DNA of 55,431 nucleotides, counting the filler, from Porpidia crustulata (taxonomy: Eukaryota), in assembly GCA_964255105.1 (NCBI GenBank). It is 4 parts of 4 records of this genome, joined end to end, with 100 filler letters (N's around TTAATTAATTAA, not from the genome) between each part and the next. Parts side by side here need not be neighbours in the genome. Positions count along the whole stretch, not along the records: positions 27,815 to 41,592 come from CAXUWE010000414.1; positions 41,693 to 55,431 come from CAXUWE010000415.1; 2 more parts are not named here. One strand, written 5' to 3'. The notes beneath the pieces are model-generated. The model was not told the DNA's origin and did not search any database. It was given only the letters and a program-made list of their open reading frames with translations. Of the stretch, positions 36,739 to 48,870 are shown piece after piece. How positions within the stretch are numbered: the stretch's first letter is position 1; each line of letters begins with the position of its first letter. A program made the translations under genes and the position numbers.

Positions 36739-38561
36739 CTACCACAGATACCATAATGTGAAAAGAGGTGGGAGCATATATGGACGACACTACTGCTAGC
36801 GTTTAAGCGTTGTAATTTGGATGAACTTACGGGCAAACATAATGATAAATGATATAGACCTGTATAATCTTGTATAATCTTGTATAACCACATATACATG
36901 TTGCGCACAGATGGCGGGAATGAGAATTCTATGGATCATCAAGCCCTTATCCTTACTCTGAATGAGATGCAATTGGACTAATCCCGACCATGGCCGCACA
37001 AACCTGTCACATGTGCCACGCTGGACGGTAAGCTCGGCTACATATGCTCGGTACAACAAGATGTGCGTAGTTCACCCTCTTTGGACCAAACTGCTAAGTA
37101 CTTGGAGCTGGATGAAACAGGTCCATCATGACAGCGATCGTAGATTTCACAATGGGAAGCCTGTCTGACGAAGTCTAAGTAGTGAGAGACCACCGTGGGC
37201 ACCAGTGCTCGTATCAACAAAACACGTAGCAGGACCCGAGATGAGCTTCGGAGCTGCTTAGCCACGGCACGCAAAGATGCAACTCCATTTCCGTCACACA
37301 CTTAAGCAATCTCATGGAAGACAAAAAAGCAGAATCGTCAGCGCTTTGTGTTCATCCGGTACTGAGGATCACAATGTCCATAACACTACTGTTCCCTCAT
37401 CGACAAATGACGTCGACAGTGGAAAATGCCTTGGAGGTTGGGACATTATCGGGCAAACGTGCAAAATCCAGAAAAAGCGCAAGAAATTACAGGAGGAAGT
37501 GGATCCCGAAACTCTCGGGGGATGTTTTACTCGTAGGCTCATAGGTGAGATGTCGGTTCCTTCATGAAAGAGTCTCAGACCATAACCCAAAATTAGAGAT
37601 CAACAAGCCGGGACAAGGATGATCAGGAACGCAAAGCTTGCCATTGGTAAGCGTCGGCGCTAACGAGCCCCTGAGGCGACACAAGCGTCTCCACTGACTG
37701 AGGGAGTCTGATGAGCGACCCCTTTCGCTCCATACAGCTGCCGTACTAACAACATTACTTGGACGATTAATTCGATTGGGCGGATGTAGTATGGCTTTCT
37801 CTTCGATTTTGCACAACAAAATGCTGCTGACTGGCCCTCGTATCAGACTAACACAATAGGGTTAATGCGTGCTTATTTTATGCATGCAACATGGCCGGTT
37901 GGCTACTCGTTTCATGCCTCAGGGGCTGCACAGCGCCTTTTTTGCGGGGATCGCTGCACTTAGCCGTCACATATTTTTCGCTATGTACACAATTGCCCCG
38001 TGTGTCTACTCATCTTCTTATTCACTCATTGTTGCTACTGCCGCTGTCGTTGTCCCCAGGATACACGACTTTTCTTCGTAACAGTCTTTTTGGTCATACC
38101 ATCTGTTGTTATTGTTCTGCCGTCACTCGTTTCCGGCGACAACCACTCATTCCATCCTTTAATATCTTCTAATATTTTATCCGTCTAATATTTCCACACT
38201 TCCCAGTTGGAGAAAAGAGGTGGTGGCAACTGGCATTGTTCAAAGGACTCATTGAAACATATGAATTGCATGGTATGTGGTAATTTAGTTATGTCAATAT
38301 CAATCAGCCAACAGAGAATGGCGCACACGCAGCGAACCATTGCCTTCACCCATTTCTACATGCGGAGGTCAAAGGACATCAATCTTCACTCACTTCTTTG
38401 TTGCCATACCATCGGTGAAACTCCGAAGGCTTTAACCTAGTGCACCACCAATTCTGCTGCCATTCCTTTGTCGTCATTATATTGTGCAGTTTGATCTATA
38501 TCATTTCGAATTGCCATCATTTGCATCATTCCATCTAACGTTGGATACAGATAGACGCATT

Positions 38562-41123
38562 ATGAGAGCCTCAATAATTCTCCCGCTCGGTCTATGCCTA
38601 GGGCAGGCCTACTCCAACATAATATTCACCCCGGTTGCTCTTTCGTGCGACACCGAGAGCCCCAACTATACAGGATGTTTCAGAGGCATGCATTGCATTG
38701 AGGGAGAGTAAGGCTTACCAAAACGTCGAAATGTTGAAAACAGAGCTTCGGGTTAACTTGTCTTTTGTTGATAGGTGCAAGTCGTCGTCAGAGCCCTACT
38801 ATCCCCAGTCCCTCAAGCGTGACCATCCCAAAGAAATTATCAAGCGCGCATATTCTACGGATGCCACCTGTGGAGTAAAGAATGGCAACACTTTGTGTGA
38901 TCCCAACAGTACAGCATACAAGGGATCATGCTGTTCTGCCTATGGATGGTGCGGGAGCGGTGATGCTTATTGCGGTTCTGGCTGCCAATCTGGTTGCACT
39001 ACCGGTACCTCCTCTCCACCAGCCACCGACCCAACAGCACCTCGATCCGATGCTCGTTGTGGATCCGCTTTTGGAGGAGCGAAATGTGATGCCAATGGTC
39101 CTTTTGGCGGATGCTGTTCGTCAGCTGGGTACTGTGGGAAGGATGCGGCACATTGCATCAACGGCTGCCAAAGTGGCTGCGTAAGCAGCAGCGGTGGAAC
39201 TACAACGACAGCCAGTACTACGACTAGGGCGACTGCTCCGGCGGCCACCTCTCAAGAGCCTGTTCTCGGCGTCCCATCAACTGCGCCCGCGACTGGGCCA
39301 GCGACCAAGGATGGAACTTGCGGTGCGAACAACGGCAACACTGTGTGTGGCAACTGGCCACAAGGAGGATGTTGCTCAGCTTACGGGTACTGCGGCAACA
39401 CCACTTCTCACTGCGGCAACGGATGCCAGAGCGGACCTTGCACTGGCGCTCCCGTTACTCCTGCCCCAGGCCCCGCACCTGCTCCAGCGAACACCAACGG
39501 AGGAACCATCAAGGTTGTCGGTCAAGCTGGCGTTCCCGCTATGCACGCTGGTCTTCTGCCCAACGGCAAGGTTGTCTTTCTCGACAAGGTTGAGAACTAC
39601 ACCCAAATCAAGCTGCCCAATGGACAGTTCGCTTACTCTGCAGAATACGATCCGGCGACGAACACAGTGATTGGCCTTGGCTACAAAGTATGTATCTATC
39701 GCACGGTATTTGATGTTCTTTACTAATATCGAGTCAGACCAACGCATTTTGTTCTGGTGGCGCTTTCCTGGCCGACGGCCGTTTTGTCTCTGTTGGGGGC
39801 AATGCTCCTCTGACTTTTATCGATCCTACCGTAGGTGACGGTTTCAAGTCTATCCGTACGCTCAGTCGACCCATTGGCAGCAATGCCAACGACGGACAAG
39901 CGTGGGTCGAATCCACGACCAACCAGATTTCCACTGCTCGCTGGTATGCCTCGGTTCAGACCATGCCCGATGGAACGCTTTTTGTAGCCTCTGGAAGTCT
40001 CAATGGCTTGGATCCTACGGTACCAGCCAACAACAACCCTACATGGGAGTTGTTGACCGCTCAAGGTACACCAAACGGCAAGGGCAGCACCACTCTCGAT
40101 ATTCTCCTTAAGAATCAGCCATACTACATGTATCCATTCATTCACCTCTTGAATGACGGCAATCTTTTCATTTTCGTTTCCAAGTCTGCCGAAATTTTCA
40201 ACGTTGCAAGCAACACCACCCTCAAGAAGCTCCCAGATCTCCCTGGCGACTTCCGTACATACCCCAACACCGGTGGTAGCGTTCTCCTCCCCCTTTCAAG
40301 CGCCAATCAATACGCCCCGGATGTCATCATTTGCGGTGGTGGCGCTTACCAAGACATCACATCCCCCACTGACCCGAGCTGCGGCCGTATCCAGCCCTAC
40401 GCTGCCAACCCAACATGGGAAATGGACTCGATGCCTGAAGGCCGTGGTATGGTTGAAGGCACACTCCTTCCCGATGGCACCGTCATCTGGCTCAACGGCT
40501 GTGACAAGGGCGCTCAAGGCTTTGGTGTCGCCACTGCCTCGGCCGCTACTGAAACTGTTCTCATCTACGACCCAGCAAAAGCCCATGGCCAGCGCTGGAG
40601 CACCGGCCCCTTCTCCGGCATCGCACGTCTCTACCACTCTGTTGCTGTCCTTCTCCTGGATGGCACCCTCATGGTCGCTGGCTCCAATCCCGTCCAGATG
40701 CCCCTGCTCACCCCGGTCCCGAATCAGACTCCGAGCGAAGACTACGTCACTGAATTCCGTGTCGAAAACTACGTGCCCCCTTACCTGTCAGGGGCCAACG
40801 CCAACAAGCGTCCCACAAACGTCGTCATTTCGTCCAAAACTCTCACCGCCAACAGCGCTACCTTTACGGCATCCTTCAACGCGCCGATGACTGCGCAGGG
40901 CTGCAAAGTTGCGCTGTACCATGGCGGTTTCGTGACGCATAGTCTGCACATGAACCATCGCATGGTGTTCCTCGACACCACTGGCTTCACGGCCGGAAGC
41001 GCGACCCAGAAGATTACGGCCAAGATGCCGCCGAACAAGAATGTTGCGCCGCCCGGACCCTATGTAGTATATATTACTTGCGACGGTGTGCCGGCAGTTG
41101 GGCAGTTTGTCAGCGTTTCTTGA
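38562..41123 (+). CDS. Secreted copper radical oxidase (CAZy AA5_1, glyoxal oxidase-like) with three CBM18 chitin-binding modules; introns 38708-38774 and 39688-39737
   Basis: Signal peptide; three CCSxYGxCG-type hevein repeats; TNAFCSGG, RWYAS, RLYHS and GFVTHS carry the Cys-Tyr cofactor and Cu ligands; C-terminal VAPPGPY domain. Confidence 0.92.
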
Positions 41124-41592
41124 GAGATGTGTTGGAATTTAGGAGGTAATGTTTCGGTTTGGATTGATTGCGTATACCTTTGTCATTGCCTGCGGGCAAA
41201 GGATCTTGTAGCATCGACTCTGCGGGTGTATTATTAGCTATAACCTGGCGACTAGAATTCGGCTCCATAGTCAAAGATTGAGTTAATGGCAATGTCTTTT
41301 GGATAAATATTGCGCATGCCGGTTTGTGACTAGATACATCACTCTGTCACTGTGTCTGACTTCGACGAACCTTTCCGGCTCAAGCCAGCTCCCGTAGGGC
41401 TGCACGCCTAGCGTCATCTCTAACTAATTTCATTGAACGATCAATCATCATTAGAAGTCATCCACCACCAATGTCTCGCCCTAACCCCCAAAAGTTTTTC
41501 CCTTCAACAATGTCCTTCTCTCGACCCACACAGCAGCACATACGTTCCCTCACCCGCTGTCTTCATCACCCTCCCACTTCCTCCCCCAAACC

Positions 41593-41692
41593 NNNNNNNN
41601 NNNNNNNNNNNNNNNNNNNNNNNNNNNNNNNNNNNNTTAATTAATTAANNNNNNNNNNNNNNNNNNNNNNNNNNNNNNNNNNNNNNNNNNNN
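41593..41692. other. Artificial contig spacer N44-TTAATTAATTAA-N44
   Basis: Same 100-nt linker. Confidence 0.97.
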
Positions 41693-44468
41693 GGGCCAAT
41701 GGTGGGGGCAAGGGGGAAACCGACACACTTGAGAAACCGGCGGAGTTGGGAGGCGAAAAAGAGGAGGATGAAGGGATCATCGTTGCGGGTTGAATCATCT
41801 TATGGGTCAGATCTCGAAGTGAAAGCTTCCTACAATTCATCGCCAGACTTGGATGAACGGAGATATATTTTAACATGGACGAGGAACACTTCTAACGCAC
41901 CTACCGAGAGAATGACCTTATATAAGTTCCTAGTAACCTTAAAAAGAATTCCTTTTTCTGAACAAAACTCTTTTGGGTAATATAAAGATCGAAGACCGAT
42001 TTACAGCAGATCTTGTGAGACCAACTTGCACACTGCCAATGATAAGGATCCTACTCCTCTCATATGACTTCCGATGGTTTCTCATTCAGGGCTTTTCTCG
42101 CTTAGTTCCATAGACTCTGTTTCGTCGAAGAAGAATATATATATACTATCTTCATAGTGAGACCGACCACAGCAAAGTTCCGGTAAACTGCGCAGCGGAA
42201 GATGATGAAGATAATAATTTTTAACAGAGGATAGTTATCCAAAGTATTCTAGAAAACAAGCTTGCAGGTGTAGTATCAGCGATCAAAAACCAATTTGATT
42301 ACGCAGAATCTTGAAGACGACTTCGGTCAAGGTCAACCTACAGCTCGCCTGTTCTGACATCCTCTTTCTCGACGTGCCCATCAACGGGAACACCCTTTTC
42401 TAGGCGATCGGTCGGATTTACCGAATCGGCCCACTACGTGCGATTCGGGCCTGGATCCTGGCTCTGGGCCACACATCCGACCAGGTCCTTCAAGCCCGGT
42501 GTGCCAGGAAAATGATGTCGAATATAAGCGGGATCAATCAATATTCTCCACGACTTGAAAATGAACAGAGTTGAGCTCTACCCGATAGCCCCGCACGAAG
42601 AGCCTATAATTCTACGTGCCCTTTGACCTCATCCCTCTCAAATTCAGTATTCTCAACACCACCGTCTTCGACCTCGCTTGACTCGACATAATCAAGGATT
42701 ACTTACTCATCTTCTGCAACTGACCATAGACGCTAAGTACGTCGTCTGTTACAATGAGTCAATGCCTTTTTAAGCTTTTCTACACTGTGGAAGAAATCAA
42801 ATCATCAAAACACATCCATAGACCCACAAAACAAGTCTGATTATTTTATTAACATTATGAGCATTTTCAATATTTATCGATACGTACGAAATGCTAGCAC
42901 GATTGTGTTGAACTTTGACTGACAATTTCTTTGAGTTGACGTTGGTCGGCTAACAAGATCGACATTTCATACTTGAAATCATTTTCGCTATCACACATTG
43001 TCACAGACTTCCGAAGATGTATTTACGTTTTCTTTCCGGAATTTGAGTAGAGCAAAGAATTTCTCGCTGACAAAGAATCCTTCGAGAGCCAGTGTATATC
43101 ATATAGGCTTTGCACGGAGCGATCATTATGGCGTCTTTGTCGAAACTCACACCCGATTTTCTACGAGGGTTGCTACAATACCACACATGACCTAGATTTT
43201 TCAATGCATTTCTCACTTCCGCAGCCTTCTTCTCAAGTATAATCATTAAAGACCTCAGCGTTGCCAAACCAGAGAACACCTTTACTATTCTTCCTTGTTC
43301 TTCGTTCATGACGTTGAACTTCAAACAAGCTGTCATAATCACGTCGATTATTATCCTCAATAAAGCATATGTAAAAGGAAGAAAGCTTCGGTAGTTTGAC
43401 AAAGACCTAATCGGCTATAAGTACAGAGGTCCTGCTTGAACTTATTGAAGCAAGAAAAATCTGACTACCTACTAACGTTGTCTGGCCCTTAGCAACTGCT
43501 AACCCCTTTCAAGCATAATAGAAACAGGAAGGAAAACTATATTTAATTTATTCTAAATAACTAAACATGTTGAAAAGTGCGGTAGGACGAAGGCCTTACC
43601 TCCTCATTATCTAGTCGGTGTGAATGGATGGATTGGATCTAGTGGTAGGGCTCTGCCCTACCCCTGTCTTATGTGACCACCTGGCCACTCAAGTTTCCAG
43701 TTCTGTACGTTATTCAGTAGCAATACTATGACAGTCACCCTGCCTGTTCAACAAAACAGATAATATCACCAATTAAGCAATTAAGAAGTTAGCCGAAAAA
43801 TATTTTAACGCTGTGTTTCCGATTCTAAAGCATTACAACTAGAAAGACGCAACGACAATGGTCATTCAACTGATCATGATACGATACAAAATGCATCATT
43901 TACATCATGTCAGCTATTAAGCGAACAGCATGGTTCAAGTGTCTATCACACGCTTGAACAATAACAGCATACCACTATATAACAGCAATATGTACTTGTT
44001 ACAATCGTTTCTATAAGAATGACCTGAAGCAGATATCTGGACGAAATTTATAGTGGAGATTAATTAAAACATCGAAGTGGATAACACAGAAAGTACCGAG
44101 CGTGCTGAGCGGAAAGCCGAAGATGTGAGAGAAGATGCGAGATGAGATGAGAGAAATGCGAAAGAAGATGCGAGAGAAAAGTTGGGCAAGGAGCAATATC
44201 ATCAGATCAGATTATACTCTTAATTATAGAATGCACTCTTGACTGACAAATCAAGAACCCGAGAATCTCGACCTTAACGAGCGAGCTCAAGCTCTGATAG
44301 TCATCAGTGTTTTATCTTTCGACATTTTTTTCTTGACTTCGGATTAAGCTCTACGTACTATACCTTTTGAATCGAGAATTGTTAACATGTGCTTAGAATT
44401 ATATATTGAACATCTGTAGAAGTCTAGATTACATCAAGAAGACTGTTCAATTCCATTCGATTGATAGC

Positions 44469-45074
44469 GTCATCTCACTTCCACAACCTCGTCAGGTTCG
44501 GTGCCACGGTGTCAAGAAAAGGGGTGGTTTCGAACATGAGAAAATTTGTCTATCCTGATCAGTATATTGAGAAGTCAAGCTGGGATATACAATACAGATC
44601 AAGTGGTTTAGAGATCACAAACAGAATGCGTCCCGTGTGGACCTTCACTATAACTTTCAGACAATTATTTTGTCGTCATTAGCACCGAATCTCCCAATAT
44701 TAGCACTCTATTCTGAAAGTTTTGGATTGAAAGAGCGATAATTCAGAAGCCAGAGGAAAGACTTAATAGTTCGCAACGAAGAATTATTGCGCTGGCGCAA
44801 GAAATTAAGGTTGCACTCATCGATGATCAAGGCAACAAAAATACACAACTTTCTTGAAGTCGAAGAGCCGTTCGTATTGAACCCATCCGAGAATTTCCCG
44901 AACATTGTTCTCATAGAAAGAAGACGTCTCTATCAAGCCTTCTCCCCCTCTTCTTCCTCTCTTCTTCCTCCGTCGACTTCTTCAGATCCCTCCTTCAAAG
45001 ACTCGCCTCAATACTTGAACGCTGTCCAGACACAGCCTCTTTTTGTAGAATCTGTTTCAAGAACTTTATGTTAA
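44469..45074 (+). pseudogene. Possible degraded reading frame of unknown origin
   Basis: ~200 codons in one frame with only 3 internal stops in AT-rich DNA; no recognisable motif. Confidence 0.25.
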
Positions 45075-45740
45075 GCAAATCGTAAATCGAATTTTATATT
45101 CTTCGATTTTTTAACTTTTACGTTTAACAGATACATAGAATTAAAATTAACAAAGCTGTCGAATATGCAATTATTAAATTTATAAGTGTTAGGGGATCGG
45201 TTACCGGAAAGGGGAACAGGAGGTGTGCTAGCCCAGATGGGTCTAGAGTTGAAGGCCTCCTGTATCTATCTTTCGATAATCTGATTTCTAGTTCTTACTT
45301 AGTTTCAATTCCAAAATCATAAACACAAACATGATCCAAGTTTGCGATCGCCACAATCAGCTGGTGACCTGTAGCACGTCCGCTGTCATTACTCTGTCTC
45401 TTAATTTGCAGAAAGTCTAAGCCGTTCACTTTCCTGTAATCTGTTTCATGATACAGTATGTCTTTAAGGAAAGCACCCGGCATTGTTTCTATCTGAATTG
45501 ATTACTTAGTATGAGAATAAATCCAGACTTGGTGTATGAACGAATCACTTATCTCGTGACTGGAGCGCGAACAAATTCCAATATTATCCTATTCGATAAC
45601 GATCTGAAACAAATTGCGAGTGAAAGTGTAATGACAGATGCGTATGGCGACAGAGATTCAAAGAGATTAGCGAGGCAATTATGGTGACCATATATATTGA
45701 TGTAGTTGGTATGCAGGAGAAAAGGGGGGTTGGAGAGGCC

Positions 45741-45850
45741 CTCGTTCTCACCCCTTAACGGACCACACAGCCTAAGGTTAGGGTTATATTTCCTAGTTTT
45801 GCTTCTGATGGTCCGTTGAGGGGTGTGGACCGTTGAAGGGTGGGACCGAG
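45741..45850. mobile_element. Degenerate MITE-like / DNA-transposon end remnant (~110 bp)
   Basis: caccccttaacggacca (45749-65) is inverted against tggtccgttgaggggtg (45809-25, 16/17) and a second tandem copy (45825-50). Confidence 0.5.
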
Positions 45851-46936
45851 TCAAGCGCTTTCATCTATTTTAAGCTCTAAGCGAGATATCGCTAGTGGCT
45901 GCTATCTCGGCACGCTCAGTAAACGATCAAGAATCGCGCGCTCTTCTCACTCTGTAGCCAAAACATTGTGCCATGGCTGTTGAAGTATCCGATATGAAGT
46001 TGATAGCAAAAGTGACATTTGGTTAGCACGAGAAGTATGCTTCTTGTGACGTAGCGCCAGCAATGTCTCCACATAATAATATTGCCTGGCACGACTGAAA
46101 ATATGCAAATACTTGCTAAACCGCTGGGTTTGGTGGAAGGCTAGCTATGCGCTGATTACGGACAGACTCGTGATTCGGATCATCACAGCACGAGGCGTTA
46201 TCATGGCAGAGATGGATATTGAAAGGTAATGCTGATAGATACAAAGGAAAGGGCTTCCAGCATTACCATTTGACCAACGAGGCTTTCACATACCCAAGGG
46301 AAAGAAGTGTGATGCTTGAATCGCTCAATACCAACCAGCATTGGATATAGCCTTACACAATTGCGCTTTGCTTGACTCCATTCTCAATTATGGATTATTG
46401 CACCTTTCGCTATATTCATTTTGACTTTTTAGCTCACTGCCATTCCTTTGATATTTTTTACTGCTTTTCGTTTTGGCACAAAATGTGCCTTCGCCTTATC
46501 CCTGTTTCCTTTGGCGCCTGGTTTTTCACGCTTTATTGTTCAGTGCTCGAGGTCGAAGCAGTCGTGGTCGTAAGCATTAGCACACCAAAACCACCATTTC
46601 CCAATTTCCATGTTGCACGAGATCTCTTCAACCGCGGAAACGAAATCCGGACCATGGAAATTAGGGGTTTCGTATAGTTCCTTTGCACAATGTCCCTGAA
46701 CGCTACTGATGACCGAGTGGCTCGCCCTGATGTTTTTGCCAGCAGTGGTATTCTCTGAGCCCTTCCCATTACATGCGGCCATCTCTTTTGTGTCCCCCTT
46801 CACGTGCCATATATTTTTATATTGATCTCGCCCGAGTATGCACGATTCTTCCTATCAGTGCCTTGATCGGGCCTCTCCAAGGCTCCACCAGTCAGCGCAG
46901 TACCTCCTATGATTGGGCGTCGCCGGCCCTTTGGTA

Positions 46937-47099
46937 AGAGTATAGATCATAAGTCATGCATAGAGGGAACAATTTAGGGTTATTTTGACTAAGTCCCCAA
47001 GGTAAACATAGGCTTGCGGGATTTTAATTTGTTAGGGTTTTGCGAGTAAAAATTAACCCTAAATTTTCCCCTCTATGCATGACTTATGATCTATACTCT
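46937..47099. mobile_element. MITE, 163 bp, ~50-bp terminal inverted repeats, TA flanks (Tc1/mariner-like)
   Basis: agagtatagatcataagtcatgcatagaggg (31 nt) is a perfect inverted repeat at both ends, with imperfect pairing for ~20 nt more; TA at 46935-36 and 47100-01. Confidence 0.8.
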
Positions 47100-48227
47100 T
47101 ACTTCAACAAGGGTTGGAAAAATGGGAATCTCCTTTTAGAAACGACCGAGCCGGTTTGGAATGTCATATTTGCCGAGTTCTGACACAGTATTCCAACACC
47201 ATTCCAGCAAATATTGAGGCAGTGAAATGTGGCTAGGTGGGTATGCTGTGCAGAGGCGCGGTTGTCCGCCGGTTCCAGCCTTAGTGTTGGTGTGGAGGTG
47301 CTGGGCGCTTCGCTTCGCTCTCTTGCTACGTCTCATTATAATACCTTGGTGGATCTGGTATTGACATTTTGACTGTCATTGGTGTTTGTGAAAGCTCCTT
47401 ACATTCCTCAATTTCTCGGACGTGGATTTAAGTTAGCCAATCAGGCGGTAGCTATGCTGGGCCTTCATACAATCACGACGACAGCCAGTTATAAACTACC
47501 GTGCCACTCTATAGGCAACCAGGAGCATGAAAATCTATCAAAGGTCATCTTCGGTATAGTGAATATCCTCGGGCATTTCTCCAGGATTGAGAACAGACCA
47601 CTGCCCCACAGAGGAACCAATAGGATATGCAGCAGAGGCACTGATCATGCTATGGAAAGGATCAAACCTACCGTGGAGACTACGATAGCAGAATGAGTGA
47701 GAGGCTTACTGTTGGATCCTGCTTCGAATGACAATTCGTCGGTAGTAGTTGCAACCGTAACATGTCCCACAACTTATGTCGTAGGATGTCATGTTGAGCT
47801 CGTGGCAATCAGAAGATAACACATATATGGCTTAGAGAAGGTCGACCACCTTTCTGAAGGTCGTTTGAAACGTGGGTTTTCCTCTTTCCGATGCTTTTCA
47901 TACCTGGTTAACCTGATAATTCTATCTCCATTTCTCCGGTCTCGATGCTTCTTGAGCAGCAGTAGCTTTGTCCAACTTTGAGTTTCACTGCAACCCTGCT
48001 TCCCTACAGATCTTGTCGTCGCGGAGACTCTATACTTGGCGCAAGCTTATAGCCCTATCAAGACCTCTATTCTGCCAGTAAGAGGAGAGCTTCACGTGCT
48101 CTCAATTCCACCAAGCGATACAGCGCGGCGCACGCTCTTCCTCCAAGCGCCCTGATAAGCGTTCCTTTTCGGGCCTCTACTAGACCATGTACGAGATTCT
48201 CCACCATCGGCTTCGCTGCCGTACTGA

Positions 48228-48870
48228 TCCTCACTAGGCCCGGATGAAGGATGTTTGACAGGAGACATCATTCCGCAGATTGAGCTTCTTAGAATTTTTG
48301 CACCAAAATCCATCGTCCCTGAACCTGTCGTTCCCAAAGTTCTAAAGCCCGGAGGCTTAGGGAGTACCAATGCTCCTGGGCGTATGCCCGAGATAGCTCC
48401 CGAGTCCGCTCCAACTTCCAAGCCAGAATCAAATCCAGCACCGGCTCCCGCGCCAAAACCCGCAAGTCCAGAGCCTGCTGCGTCAGCCTGTAAGAGGGCT
48501 GATCGTAGCTGTGGAGATGTTTCTCCTTGCACATTCTCAAACATAAACTACGATGAAAAGGGTCAACTATTACGTACAAAGCTGAACGGTGTTCTTGACA
48601 AAAATACAGCAAAAGATCACGACAATGAGAAAGCCCTTGATGAGAAATACACGCTCACTGCTACAAAATGAACAGCTCCCCTGTTGGAGACGACTACTCT
48701 GGAATCCCTCAAGCGGCATGGCATGGATTTTGGGACTATCTTTGGACGGGGACAAGCAATGGACAAAGTACGAGGGTAAGGGTTTTACGAAGGAACAAGG
48801 CGCTGACGAGAAGTTAAGCGCAGCCGAGGTGTATATTTCAGACAAAAGCAAGATCATTCTTCCTAACCCG
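48228..48870 (+). pseudogene. Relic of a Pro-rich, probably secreted protein gene
   Basis: Protein-like frame (PAPAPAPKP linker, ACKRADRSC, NYDEKGQLL) lacks an ATG, stops at 48669 and appears to continue in a shifted frame (QWTKYEGK...EVYISDK). Confidence 0.35.

Noticed and set aside
36900..37700. Short ORFs between the DUF3433 and AA5 genes
   Set aside because: No coherent spliced frame or recognisable motif could be reconstructed
42999..43401. TGTCA...TGACA bounded 403-bp segment as a solo LTR, and its 133-aa minus-strand ORF
   Set aside because: Flanks (cacat / aagac) give no target-site duplication, there is no second copy, and the ORF has no recognisable motif
44110..44180. GAGAAGATG-type short repeats as a CRISPR-like or coding array
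   Set aside because: Irregular low-complexity microsatellite with no unique spacers; eukaryotic context
45187..45335. TGTT-initiated segment resembling an LTR
   Set aside because: No matching terminus with TSD, no PBS/PPT and no gag/pol remnant recognised
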